NCBI RefSeq assembly: GCF_022045235.1
Contig: NW_027266265.1
Span: 14,074,001-14,138,000, forward strand
Reading direction: 5' to 3'
Length of the DNA stretch: 64,000 nt
Source of the DNA: Haliotis cracherodii
Taxonomy: Eukaryota
Numbering within the stretch: the first letter of the stretch is position 1; each line of letters opens with the position of its first letter. This document shows, in pieces, positions 49,480-63,361 of this stretch. Both the position numbers and the translations under genes were made by a program. Below the pieces are notes generated by a model that saw nothing but the letters and a program-made list of their open reading frames with translations, had not been told where the DNA came from and did no database searches.

Positions 49480-51380
49480 TGTTTAGAATACAGTACCGCA
49501 GCTTCTTGTGAAGACGATCTCTGCCGTATGTCACGTGTCTGAAAGACAAGCAGCTAGTTTTAAAGAACTCGCGACCTTCGTATTGTTAGCCCGATAGCTA
49601 ACCGACTGAGCAACGTCCACAAGTGAAACTTGTGCAAATTTACCTTGTCATGAATACGCCGTTACGGAACTGAACGAACATTTTTAGATACAAGATATGT
49701 AAAATCAAAAATTATTTCTGGGGGATTCTTTGACGAAGAACTTGAAATCATACGCGCATTCTGATTGGTTTGTTGTATTTTCGCACATAACATTCATCGA
49801 TAGAGTCTTCTTGGAGGTTACGGAAAGGGGCGAGTGGTGACGAATGTCGTGACTGTAGTCTACGGACACCTACGAGTGATCCCGATGCCATTTGGCACAC
49901 TCGTCCCATTCCGTAATCTACAAGATACTGAGTGGTGAGGAATGAGCCGATATGGCGAGAACTCAAAACGGCTCTTGGCGTCAAACGTCAGACGTCGAAC
50001 CCGCGGTTACGCATGAATGACATCGAATTTAATCAATCGGCGGGTAGCCAAAATATTCGACAGAAAACCATTTCATCCTTTTTTCTTGACGTTTTTGTGT
50101 GAAGAATATTAGGAGCATCTATAGAATCAATAATAGCCACTAAACGGGTACCGGAGCACCTTTAGAATACAGTACCACAACTTCTCGTGAGGACGATCTC
50201 TGCCGAAAGTCACATGTCTCAAAGACAAGCAACTAGTTTTTGTGAGAATCGGTCGGAAGCGAACCCGCGACCTTCGGATTGTTAGCCCGACAGTTTACCG
50301 TCTGAGCTACGTCCACAAGCAACCAGTTTTTGTGAGAATCTGTCGGACGCGAACCCGCGACCTTCGGATTGTTAGCTCGCCACTGAGCTGCGTCCCCACT
50401 GTGAAACAAAGTGCAAATTTACCTAGTCATGCCCATGACGTTACGGAACTGAAAGAAAAGGGTCGAATAGGTGACGGACACTTACGAAGGTTACGGGTAG
50501 GCATGGTGTCTCGTGACTTTAGTCTACGGACACTTACGAATGATACCGATGCCATTTGGCACACTCGTCCCATTCCGTAATCAACAGGATACCTCGTGGT
50601 GATGAATGAGCCAATATGGCGCGAACTGAAAACGGCTCCAGGTGATTTTTGTGACAGAAAAGTGTTGTGGGGAACACTGTAAGGATGATGTGGACAATAG
50701 TAAGGAACGAGGGAGGCACCCTGGCTTGTGTGAATGTTCCAGGACAGTTTCCAGTAGCCAAAATAGTGGACACAAAACCATTGCATCCTTTATACTCGAC
50801 GTTTTTGTGTGAAGAATATAAGGAGCCTCTATAGAATCTATAACAGCCACTAAACGATTACCTAACCCTAATGTTTGTAAAGGGGATCCAAGGGCTAAGG
50901 ATAGAGTTCGGGGTAACCTACCCTAACACTGGCGACATTTGGATGTATTCAGCGATATCCCTAATAAACTGCATTCTTGTGCATAATAATGAAAATTAAT
51001 GAACCGGAAAAATAATATATGTATATTAGTTCCCATTTATAACCATTTTTAGCTGCTTGAATTACGAGAAATACGAAATAGAAAATATATAAAAAATAAA
51101 AGTGCTTTCGTAAACTAGCGCTTGTTCTAAAATACGCCGCCGCAGGCTAAATATAGCAACATATATGTTTATATACCATATAAACAAATATTCAAAACTC
51201 TCAACACCGCTGGGCGTATTCAATGACATTGCGTGTAGAGATGATAGATCACTTGGGGGAGCTTATGCACACTCAACGAGTCCTGATGTCGCCGATGTGA
51301 CTGGCAACAAAATACTAAAAATTACGTAATAGGGTATTGTCACGTGTTTGAAAAGTTTGTGGTACTGTATTCTAAAGGTA
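49480..51380. mobile_element. Composite element homologous to 22383-24843, with internal deletions
   Basis: Inverted ACCTTTAGAATACAGTACCACAA motifs at ~50158 and ~51357. Confidence 0.45.
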
Positions 51381-52656
51381 GGGTCCCGATGAGCGTGACG
51401 CACCCGACCACTTTCGCAACTTTCAATTTGATTTAACGTAAAGGGATAAGCGTGGTGAAGTGAAGTCAGTTTAAACTATCTGGGCAGATATCTAGACTTA
51501 CTTAGGATGTTCAGGCTCTGCTATCAGTGTCCCCATTCGAAGCGTATTTTGTGGCACTGTTTCGGGAGTTGTTTGTTCACGACTGTACGACCAGATCACT
51601 CAAAGTGAACATTTCCCATACAAATCATTCGAAAACTCCACAGAAGTGTGCCTGATTTCTGATTATGTGGCCCAAAATATCCCAAATATGAACAATAACA
51701 TTCCCCATCTCCAGCGTAAAACGATGTGAATAGATCACGGTTGTCTTTTCTTATTCCGGTGGTGACCTTGCCCTTCGTTCGAAGCTGTCACTGACATGCA
51801 AGCAGACCCGAGTTTGTTGATTCTCACGTCTTCAGTTATAGGGTGGTACAGTTAGCATGAATGTCCATGGCGAACACTCTGATTTCCCTCTTCCAAAATG
51901 GTTCTGACATGATATAAATTCAGCTGATAGATCAAGGAAACCGAACCATTTTGAATGCACAGACGGGACCCCGGCAGTGCGAGTGACCGACCCTTGGTCC
52001 GATATTCAAAGCGCGGCGCTAATGTGACATTTCAAATTTTCTTATAAAGGTTTCCTGCGTACTAACGACATGACCCTTGAACCTTAAGTTGAAGAAATTC
52101 TTCCAAAAGGATCTTGAGCGTCGGTGCTGATTTGTTTGCAAATACAACTGCAGGCGCATGTTGTTAATGCGTATACATAGAAATGTCAACATTGCCCATA
52201 TATTGGGCATATATATCAATATTCATGCGCAACCAGATTTTGCAACCGGTTTCAGTTTGTTCTGTCAACGAAAGAAAGTTGTTATGTATTTACACTTAAA
52301 TATATATTCAACGTGGATCAGATACCATAGAAAGTCCACTCGTTTCGTAAAAATGGTATCTAACGAGAATGAGTGTAGTATTCTCTATATATTTCTTCTT
52401 ACCGAGTAATTAGCTCCAGGAAGCAATACGTTACATGTTCAATGAGAAAGAATAAACCCTGACACAAGGTAGGTAACTCTGTACCTCTTGTGCCGGTCAT
52501 GCGTGGCTCTATTTCGGGCACAATGCAAAGAAGGGACATGAAATGTTGGAAACAGTATTTCGTTTCCCAAATTTCTTCTCCTTTTCCCCTCAAAATAGCA
52601 TGACATTCCCTCGGACTAATAAGTTGGTTTCTACATAAACAGAAAATAATATATTA

Positions 52657-52784
52657 GTGTGACATAAGTGTGTCCCATGTCTGTCTGACATAAGTGTGTC
52701 CCCAGTCTGTCTGACATAAGTGTGTCCCCAGTCTGTCCGGCATAAGCGTATCTCAAGTCTGTCTGACATAAGTGTGTTCCCACT
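52657..52784. repeat. 26-bp satellite, ~5 units
   Basis: Direct reading. Confidence 0.9.
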
Positions 52785-53242
52785 TGGGAACTTCTCCAAA
52801 CCTATTCTACAGAATCGAGCAGCATATTTAGTACGGATCATCTGATGTCAGACAGCACGTTAACTCGAGATGAATGTCACGTTTATTACAACCTGGAGTG
52901 TTAGTTGAAACGCTAACGCACTAGAAGAGCTTCCTGTCAAATATTAAACCAGAAAAACTCAACAGTGAATATTTGATGACAAATGTTGACTGTGAACAAC
53001 TTACTGACATATATTTGAACGCTATGGATTTGTTTTGAATCAATACGGGCTGTTGTGTGTAATATAACACAAACAATATGAGAAAAAGACACGGACATAA
53101 TATTTTTACGACGGATCAAAGGCTTGCTCTGGTATTCAGTGGAGAGTGCACCCAAACAAAAGGGACACAACTCCGCAGTGACTAATATCAGTCCAGTGTA
53201 ACCATGATGTAATTTGTGGATGATAGCGATTCTTTTTCCAAG

Positions 53243-53415
53243 TATGTAAGTGAGTGAGTGAGAATGGTTTTACGCAGCTTTTAGCAATATTCCAGCAATA
53301 TCACGGCGGGCGTCACCAGAAATGAGCTTCTCATATTGTACCCATGTGGGGAACAGAACCCGGGCCTTCGGCGTGACGAGCGAACGCTTTAACCACCAGG
53401 CTACCCGACCGCCCC
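53243..53415 (-). mobile_element. Family A SINE upstream of copy 7
   Basis: Same site; shares diagnostic variants (GGGGAACAGAACCCGGGCC) with the copy 3 SINE. Confidence 0.85.
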
Positions 53416-54235
53416 ATTTTCCAAGTGTTTTATTCACTTGTGATCTTAACTGTTCCACCTCGAGTATCGAACCGTGAACTTTACTATTATAAAATATGGA
53501 CGCGTATTAGATGTGAGTGAAACACTAGGTTTTCTAAATGTAAAGTAATTATGGAATTAAAGATGCATCCTGACGTCTTTAACTGCTTTGACAGGAGACT
53601 TAATCTGTGCGTCTTCAACACCCATAATTTGTTATGTGTCGTGAAGAGACGGAGCCCAGCTTACATAAAGCCGTACCGAGCATGGTAAACACTGTCAGTG
53701 ACGTCATAGACAGAAACAGTGGAAATGACGTCACAGAATGGTTCCATGACGACATTGATGGTTCCCACTCAGTCGCCGACACAACTTGGTGGTGTTCAGA
53801 CGTACATCTGTTGCTGCTGCAAAACTTCACATTTGTTGCTGGTCTGTGTCTACTTGCACAAGTCTACACCTCATCTCAGTATTAGGTAAGCAATGTCAGT
53901 TTAACTCCTACAGTTGGTTTACTTTTACTGATAGCCTTTGTTTGCTAACCCTCGTTCACATCTATATTCACTTGTCTGAAATTCTTTATCAGTAAATTAC
54001 TTTTGTATTCATTAACACACATTCTCCAATGTAATTAGGGAACTCAAATGTTTCTGTCTTTTTCTGATAGATTTTCACGCACATATGTAACGTGTAGATT
54101 GAATCACATTGCCTATTTGTCTGATGTTTTAGTTATTGTTTTATCCATAAACTAGTTCTATTTGGATCAAATCTCAGTCTGCAATGTAAATGCTCCAATT
54201 CCTAAATTCATATTAGATATATTTTTATCCCACAG

Positions 54236-55364
54236 ATGAAGATGTATCCACAAGAACGACTGAAGAGTCGGAAACTACTCTCCCCCATACTCGAGGCGGA
54301 CGAGCGTCAGTCTGACCCACGAAGTTCAAGAACGCCAGAACTGCATCAAGATTTACTTGGTAGGAGATCCTGAATTTATAATACAAAACAAATTAAATGC
54401 AAGATATCATTACTTGATGTGTTTGTTTGAAGAAAATACAGTTACATTCCGAGTATGTTTTAGTCTTTATTTAACAGTTGAATCGAGTCGGGTGTTTGTA
54501 CTTTTGTTTTTGTTTTCGTTTCCAGTTCAGTACATGGACCTGAAATCTCAAGTCGGAGATTTGGAGGAAAGGTAGGCACAGTCTCGTTTAATATTCATGA
54601 ACGTTCGTCTAAAATATACAAAAAGGAAAAATAAGAAATGTACATCTCATTCAAATATCATAGATAAAATGACTTTGAGAAACGATATCTTCTAAACTAT
54701 CGACATATCTTTTTTCAGTCTTCTCGATCACCTTTTCAATGAGAATCAGAAGCTGAGAGAGGAGAACGAGCGACAGGCCCGACAACTTCGGGAGGACAAC
54801 GCCTTAAGGCTGAAAGTTGAGTCGGAGAGGCAGGACTATAGGCTGGAGTATTTCAACTACCGTCTCAGTTACACAATGGCGCAGGCTGAGCTCCAGGAAC
54901 TGAAACAGACGCTAGAGGGACTGGCGGGGGACTGGGAGAAGGAGAAGCAGACAGAGATGGAGCAGAGGAAGAAGCTGGAGGAAGAGCTGGCAGCTCTCCA
55001 GCGCCAGACTGCCCCTCTGACCTGTCACACTCCTACCAATAAGCGGACCAGTTCCTCCAGCGTCAGTCCTCCAGTTCAACCAAGGAAGGCTCGAAGACCT
55101 TACACAGGAAAGTCAAAGGACAAAGTTCCAAGCAGGATCTCACATGTGAAGACAGACTTCTCTGCTTCCGGTGACAACTTGGTGAAGGCCAAGGCCACAG
55201 ATAAGAATGAAACCAAGTTGAAGGTCACTCCTGGTGTAAGATCCATTCTGAAAGACACCAAGAGAGGACAGGGTGCTGAAAAGAAGCCAACCCGGTCCTC
55301 CAGGAACCTTTCTGTTAGATTCACAAAGGAAATGCCAGTTGGAAAGACCCGTCACGAAATGTAA
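54236..55364 (+). CDS. Array gene copy 7, 271 aa; join(54236..54359,54526..54571,54719..55364)
   Basis: Same exon structure; open frame. Confidence 0.88.
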
Positions 55365-56804
55365 TTACGACCCTCGCCACAAGGAACAAACTTTATAAAC
55401 TGTTTAATTGTTGGTTCTTTAATTCATATTGATTTCACACTCTTGTAATTCCGTGTGTAAAATAATCGCTGACTATGTTGTGCATGTGTCAGTGTTTCTC
55501 TGTTAACATCTGGGTAATATATAACGTTACTGAAGAAACTGCTTTGTGTTTGTATTTACAACTTCATCAATTATGTGGGAAGTCAATGATCACCTCTCAA
55601 CTCTGACCAGGATGATGCATGTCAGTCATGCCCCAAAGTCGTGGGTCGATGCTCACACTTTCTACCACTGGTTTGCCTGCTCCCATGCACACACTGTCAC
55701 GCTACGCGTCACGATACTAAATCCGTACGTCACACGTGTTTCGCATTCGTGACTAAATGTCACGCTTCGCGGGAATAGATCACGATAGATGAAAGTTGAT
55801 GAAGAAAACAAATACTTTCATATTTACCTTTAGGTTTATATCGAACACTAAAACTAAAAGGTCATTTATATTTCTTCTTACCGGGTAATTAGCTTCAGGA
55901 CGCAATTCGTTACATGTTCAATGAGTGAGTATACACCCTGACACAAGGTAGACAACTCTGTTCCCCTTATTTCGTGGAGGGACATGAAATGTTGGAAACA
56001 TGATTTCGTTCCCCAAATTTCTTCTTTCTTTTCCTTCAAAATAGCACGACATTCCCTCAGATTAACATTTGTTCGGCGGGAACATGGAACCAGGTTGTTT
56101 TCTACATAGATAGAAAATAATATATGAGATCCTATACACTGTGTCGTAATTACTATATAAATGGTCATGAAATCATTTTGAAATGGATTAATAAGTCCCC
56201 ATTTAGTTACTGACATGGGTGTATGGAGTGAAGAATACCGAGTCCGTCATTGACCCTTTGAACCTTCACCCGCCTTTGTGACCGATGTTTGTTAACCAGT
56301 TTTCATACATGCGCATATGGCATGCATATCTACGTTATAGATATCTTTGCAAATGTAGCGTATACACGTAATTTTACAAGGATATGCCCAGTGCAGCTAT
56401 ATCTCGAGACACGCGAGTGTGCCGCCACTCTGTCTGACGTGATGTGCCACTGTACTGTGCCTCCAATCTGTATAAATATAGTGTGCCCCCACCTGTCTAT
56501 AGTAATTGTGCCCCCAGTTTGACGTAATGTGCCACTGTACTGTGCCTCCAATCTGTATAAATATAGTGTGCCCCACCTGTCTATAGTAATTGTGCCCCCA
56601 GTTTGTCTGACGTAATGTGCACAAGTCCAGTTTTTCTATATGACTATTTTGCAGGAATATTTACGCTTCGCATATCGGTTCAAATGCAGCGTAAAAACGT
56701 ATTTTTTAATTTATCTGTCGTATATAAAAGTATCTCAAGAAACACCAGGGTGTTATAATTCTCTCTGACGTAATGTGCAGCCAGTTTCTCTACATTAAAT
56801 GCGC

Positions 56805-57472
56805 CCCCCAGTCTTTCTGCCATAAGTGTGTCCCCAGTCCGTCTGCCATAAGTGAGTCCCAAGTCTGTCTGACATAAATGTGTCCCCACTCTGTCTGACA
56901 TAAGCGTGTCCCAAGTCTGTCTGAAAAACGTGTGTCCCCAGTCTGTCCGACTTAAGTGTGTCCCCAGTCTGTCTGACATAAGTCTGTCCCAAGTCTGTCC
57001 CCAGTCTGTCTGACATACGTGTGTTCCCAGTCTGTCTGACAAACGTGTGTCCCCAGTCTGTCTGACTTAAGTGTGTCTCCAATCTGTCTGACACAAGTGT
57101 GTCTCCAGTCTGTCTGACATAAGTGTGTTCCCAGTCTGTATGACATAAGTGTGCCCACAGTCTGTCTGACATACGTGTGTCCCCGGTTAATCCGACATAA
57201 GTGTGTCTCCAGTCTGTCCGGCATAAGCGTGTCTCCAGTCTGTCCGACTTAAGTGTTTCCCCAGTCTGTCTGACATCCGTGTGTCTCCAGTCTGTCCGAC
57301 TTAAGTGTGTCCCCAGTCTGTCTGACATAAGTGTGTCCCCAGTCTGTCTGACATAAGTGTGTCCCCATCTGTCTGACATAAGTGTGTCCCCAGTTTGTCT
57401 GACATAAGCGTGTCACCAGTCTGTCTGACATAAGTGTGTCCTCAGTCGATCTTACATAAGTGTGTCCCCAGT
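56805..57472. repeat. 26-bp satellite, ~26 units
   Basis: Direct reading. Confidence 0.95.
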
Positions 57473-57938
57473 TCGGAACTTCTCCAAACCTATTCTACAG
57501 AATCGAGCAGCATCTTTAGTATGGATCATCTTGTATCAGACAGCACGTTAACTCGAGATGAATGTCACGTCTATTACAACCTGGAGTGTTAGTGAAAACG
57601 TTACCGCACTAGAAGAGCTTCCTGTCAACTATTACACCAGAAACTCAACAGTGAATATTTGATGACAAATGTTGACTGTGAACAACTTACTGACATATAT
57701 TTGAAAGCTATGAATTTGTTTTGAATCAATACGGACTGTTGTGTGTAATATAACACAAACAATATGAGAAAAAGACACGGACATAATATTTTTACGACGA
57801 ATCACAGGCTTGCTCTGGTATTCAGTGGAGAGTGCACCCAAACAAAAGGGACACAACTCCGCAGTGACTAATTTCAGTCCAGTGTAACCCTGCAGCCATG
57901 ATGGAATTTGTGGATGATAGCGATTCTTTTTCCAAGTG

Positions 57939-58109
57939 CGTAAGTGAGTGAGTGAGTATGGTTTTACGCAGCTTTTAGCAATATTCCAGCAATATCACGG
58001 CGGGGGACACCAGAAATGAGCTTCACACATTGTACCCATGTCGGGAATCGAACCCGGGTCTTCGGCGTGACGAGTGAACGCTTTAACCACCAGGCTACCC
58101 CGCCGTCCC
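57939..58109 (-). mobile_element. Family A SINE upstream of copy 8
   Basis: TSD TTTTCCAAGTG. Confidence 0.85.
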
Positions 58110-58783
58110 ATTTTCCAAGTGTTTTATTCACTTGTGATCTTAACTGTTCCACCTCGAGTTTCAAACTGTGAAATATATTATTATGAAATATCGACGCGTG
58201 TTAGGTGTGAGTGAAGCGCTTGGTTTTGCTAATGTAAAGTAATCATGGAATTAAAGATGCACCCTGACGTCTTTTACAGCTTTGACAGGAGACTTAATCT
58301 GTGCGTCTTCAACACGCATAATTTGTTATGTGTCGTGAAGAGACGGAGCCCAGCTTACATAAAGCCGTATCGTGCATGGTGAACACTGCCAGTGACGTCA
58401 TAGACAGAAACAGTGGAAATGACGTCACAGAATGGTTCCATGACGACGTTGATGGTTCCCACTCAGTCGCCGACACAACTTGGTAGTGTTCAGACGTACA
58501 TCTGTTGCTGCTGCAAAACTTCACATTTGTTGCTGATCTGTATCTACTTGCACAAGTCTACACCTCATCTCAGTATTAGGTAAGCAATGCCAGTCTAACT
58601 CCTACAGTTGGTTTACTTTTACTGATAGCGTTTGTTTCCTAACCCTCGTTCACATCTATATTTCACGGCTCTGAAATTCTTTATCGATAAATTACCTTTG
58701 TATTAAATGACACTCCGTCTCCATTGTAATTACGGAACTCAAATAATTCCTAAATTCAAATGTGATTATGTTTTGTCCCACAG

Positions 58784-59907
58784 ATGAAGATGTATCCACA
58801 AGAACGACTGAAGAGTAGGAAACTACTCTCCCCCATACTCGAGGCGAACGAGCGTCAGTCTAGCCCTCGTAGTCCAAGAACGCCAGAACTGCATCAAGAT
58901 TTACTTGGTAGGAGATCCTGAATTTATGATACAAAACAAATTAAATGCAAGACATCATCACTTGATGTGTTTGTTTGAAGCAATTACAGTTACATTCCAA
59001 GTATGTCTTTATATAACAGTGGAATCGAGTCGGGTGTTTGTACTTTTGTTTTTGTTTTCGTTTCCAGTTCAGTATATGGACCTGAAATCTCAAGTCGGAG
59101 ATTTGGAGGAAAGGTAGGCACAGTCTCGTTTAATATTCATGAACGTTCGTCTAAAATATACAAAAAGGAAAAACAAGAAATACTGCATCTCATTCAAATA
59201 TCATAGATAAAATGACTTTGAGAAACGATATCTTCTAAACTATCGACATATCTTTTTTCAGTCTTCTCGATCACCTTTTCAATGAGAATCAGAAGCTGAG
59301 AGAGGAGAACGAGCGACAGGCCCGACAACTCCGGGAGGAGAACGCCTTAAGGCTGAAAGTTGAGGCGGAGAGGCAGGACTATAGGCTGGAGTATTACAAC
59401 TATCGTCTCAGTTACACAATGGCACAGGCTGAGCTCCAGGAACTGAAGCAGACGCTAGAGGGACTGGCGGGCGACTGGGAGAAGGAGAAGCAGACAGAGA
59501 TGGAGCAGAGGAAGAAGCTGGAGGAAGAGCTGGCAGCTCTCCAGCGCCAGACTGCCCCTCTGACCTGTCATACTCCTGCCAATAAGCGGACCAGTTCCTC
59601 CAGCGTCGGTCCTCCAATTCAACCAAGGAAGGCTCGAAGACCTTACACAGGAAAGTCAAAGGACAAAGTTCAAAGCAAGATCTCACATGTCAAGACATAC
59701 TTGTCTGCTTCCGGTGACAGCTTGGTGAAGGCCAAGGCCACAGATAAGAATGAAAGCAAGTTGAAGGTCACTTCCAGTGTAAGATCCATTCTGAAAGACA
59801 GCAAGAGAGGACAGGTTGCTGAAAAAAACCCAACGCGATCTTCAAGGAACCTTTCTGTGAGATTCACAAAGGAAATGCCAGTTGGAAAGACCCGTCACGA
59901 AATGTAA
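58784..59907 (+). CDS. Array gene copy 8, 271 aa; join(58784..58907,59068..59113,59262..59907)
   Basis: Same exon structure; open frame. Confidence 0.88.
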
Positions 59908-61431
59908 TTACGACCCTCGCCACAAGGAACAAACTGTATAAACTGTTTAATTGTTGGTTCTTTAATTCATATTGATTTCACATTCTTGTAATTCCGTGTG
60001 TAAAATAATCGCTGACTATGTTGTGCATGTGTCAGTGTTTCTCTGTTAACATCTGGGTAATATATAACGTTACTGAAGAAACTGCTTTGTGTTTGTATTT
60101 ACAACCTCATCAATTATGTGGGAAGTCAATGATCACCTCTCAACTCTGACCAGGATGATGCATGTCAGTCATGCCCCAAAGTCGTGGGTCGATGCTCACA
60201 CTTTCTACCACTGGTTTGCCTGCTCCTGTGCACACACTGTCACGCTACGCGTCACGATACTAAATCCGTACGTCACACGTGTTTCGCATTCGTGACTAAA
60301 TGTCACGCTTCGCGGGAATAGATCACGATAGATGAAAGTTGATGAAGAAAACAAATACTTTCATATTTACCTTTAGGTTTATATCGAACACTAAAACTAA
60401 AAGGTCATTTATATTTCTTCTTACCGGGTAATTAGCTTCAGGACGCAATTCGTTACATGTTCAATGAGTGAGTATACACCCTGACACAAGGTAGACAACT
60501 CTGTTCCCCTTATTTCGTGGAGGGACATGAAATGTTGGAAACATGATTTCGTTCCCCAAATTTCTTCTTTCTTTTCCTTCAAAATAGCATGACATTCCCT
60601 CAGATTAACATTTGTTCGGTGGGAACATGGAACCAGGTTGTTTTCTACATAGATAGAAAATAATATATGAGATCCTATACACTGTGTCGTAATAACTATA
60701 TAAATGGTCATGAAATCATTTTGAAGTGAATTAATAAGTCCCCATTTAGTTACTGACATGGGTGTATGGAGTGAAGAATACCGAGTCCGTCATTGACCCT
60801 TTGAACCTTCACCCGCCTTTGTGACCGATGTTTGTTAACCAGTTTTCATACATGCGCATATGGCATGCATATCTACGTTATAGATATCTTTGCAAATGTA
60901 GCGTATACACGTAATTTTACAAGGATATGCCCAGTGCAGCTATATCTCAAGACACGCGAGTGTGCCGCCACTCTGTCTGACGTGATGTGCCACTGTACTG
61001 TGCCTCCAATCTGTATAAATATAGTGTGCCCCCACCTGTCTATAGTAATTGTGCCCCCAGTTTGACGTAATGTGCCACTGTACTGTGCCTCCAATCTGTA
61101 TAAATATAGTGTGCCCCCACCTGTCTATAGTAATTGTGCCCCCAGTTTGACGTAATATGCCACTGTACTGTGCCTCCAATCTGTATAAATATAGTGTGCC
61201 CCACCTGTCTATAGTAATTGCCCCCAGTTTGTCTGACGTAATGTGCACAAGTCCAGTTTTTCTATATGACTATTTTGCAGGAATATTTACGCTTCGCATA
61301 TCGGTTCAAATGCAGCGTAAAAACGTATTTTTTAATTTATCTGTCGTATATAAAAGTATCTCAAGAAACACCAGGGTATTATAATTCTGTCTGACGTAAT
61401 GTGCAGCCATTTTCTCTACATTAAATGCGCC

Positions 61432-63361
61432 CCCCAGTCTTTCTGCCATAAGTGTGTCCCCAGTCCGTCTGCCATAAGTGAGTCCCAAGTCTGTCTGACA
61501 TAAATGTGTCCCCACTCTGTCTGACATAAGCGTGTCCCCAGTCTGTCTGACTTAAGTGTGTCCCCAGTCTGTCTGACTTAAGTGTGTCCCCAATCGATGT
61601 GTCATAGGTGTGCCCACAATCTGTCTGTCATAAGTGTGTCCCAAGTGTGTCCGACATAAGTGTGTACCCAGGCTGTCCGACTTAAGTGTGTCCCCAGTCT
61701 GTCTGTCATAAGTGTGTCCCCAGTCTGTCTGTCATAAGCGTATCCCCAGTCTGTCTGCCATAAGTGTGTCCCCAGTCTGTCAGACATAAGTGTGTCCCCA
61801 GTCTGTCTGTCATAAGCGTATCCCCAGTCTATCTGCTAAGTGTGTCCTCAGTCTGTCTGACATAAGTGTGTCCCCAGTTTGTCTGACATAAGTGTGTCCC
61901 CAGTCTGTCTGCCATAAGTCTGTCCCCAGTCTGTGTGCCAGAAGTGTGTCCCCAGTCTGTCTGTCATAAGTGTGTCCCCAGTCTGTCTGACATAAGCGTG
62001 TCCCCAGTTTGTCTTACATTAACGTGTTCCCGGTCTATCTGCCATAAGTGTGTCCTCAGTCTGTCTGACATAAATGTGCCCCAAGTCTATCTGACATAAG
62101 TGTGTCCCCAGTCTGTCAGTCATACGTGTGTCCCCAGTCTGTCTGACATAAATGTGTCCCCAGTCTGTCTGACATAAGTGTGTCCTCAGTCTGTCTGTCA
62201 TAAGTATCCCCAGTCTGTCTGACATAAGTGTGTCCTCAGTCTGTCTGTCATAAGTATCCCCAGTCTGTCTGACATAAGTGTGTCCCCAGTCTGTCTGACA
62301 TAAGGGTGTCCCCAGTCTGTCAGTCATACGTGTGTCCCCAGTCTGTCTGACATAAATGTGTCCCCAGTCTGTCTGACATAAGTGTGTCCTCAGTCTGTCT
62401 GTCATAAGTATCCCCAGTCTGTCTGACATAAGTGTGTCCTCAGTCTGTCTGTCTTAAGTATCCCCAGTCTGTCTGACATAAGTGTGTCCCCAGTCTATCT
62501 GACATAAGGGTGTCCCCAGTCTGTCAGTCATACGTGTGTCCCCAGTCTGTCTGACATAAATGTGTCCCCAGTCTGTCTGACATAAGTGTGTCCTCAGTCT
62601 GTCTGTCATAAGTATCCCCAGTCTGTCTGACATAAGTGTGTCCTCAGTCTGTCTGTCATAAGTATCCCCAGTCTGTCTGACATAAGTGTGTCCCCAGTCT
62701 GTCTGACATAAGTGTGTCCTCAGTCTGTCTGTCATAAGTATCCCCAGTCTGTCTGTCATAAGTATCCCCAGTCTGTCTGACATAAGTGTGTCCCCAGTCT
62801 GTCTGACATAAGGGTGTCCCCAGTCTGTCTGTTATGAGTGTGTCCCCAGGCTGTCTGTCATGAGTGTGTCACCAGTCTGTCTGTCATAAGTATCCCAGTC
62901 TGTCTGACATAAGTGTGTCCCCAGTCTGTCTGTCATAAGTGTGTCCCAAGTCTGTCTGTCATAAGTGTGTCCCCAGTATTTTTGACATACGTGTGTCCCA
63001 AGTCTGTTTGACATACGTGTGTCCCCAGTCTGTCTGACATACGTGTGTCCCCAGTCTGTCTGACATACGTGTGTGCCCAGTCTTTCTGCCATAAGTGTGT
63101 CCCCAGTCTGTCTGCCATACGTGTGTCCCCCGTCTGTCTGACATACGTGTGTCCTCAGTCTGTCTGTCATAAATGTGTCCCAATCTGTCTGACAGGCGTG
63201 TGTCCTCAAGCTGTCTGTAATAAGTGTGTCCCCAGTCTTTCTGTCATGAGTGTGTCCCCAGTTCCATCATAAGTTTGTCCCCAGTCTCTGACATAAATGT
63301 GTCCCCAATCTGTCTGACATACGTGTGTCACCAATCTGTCTGCCATACGTGTGTCCCCAGT
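61432..63361. repeat. 26-bp satellite, ~75 units, including a local expansion of shortened (~22-bp) variants
   Basis: Direct reading; CATAAGTATCCCCAG variants cluster at 62200-62780. Confidence 0.95.
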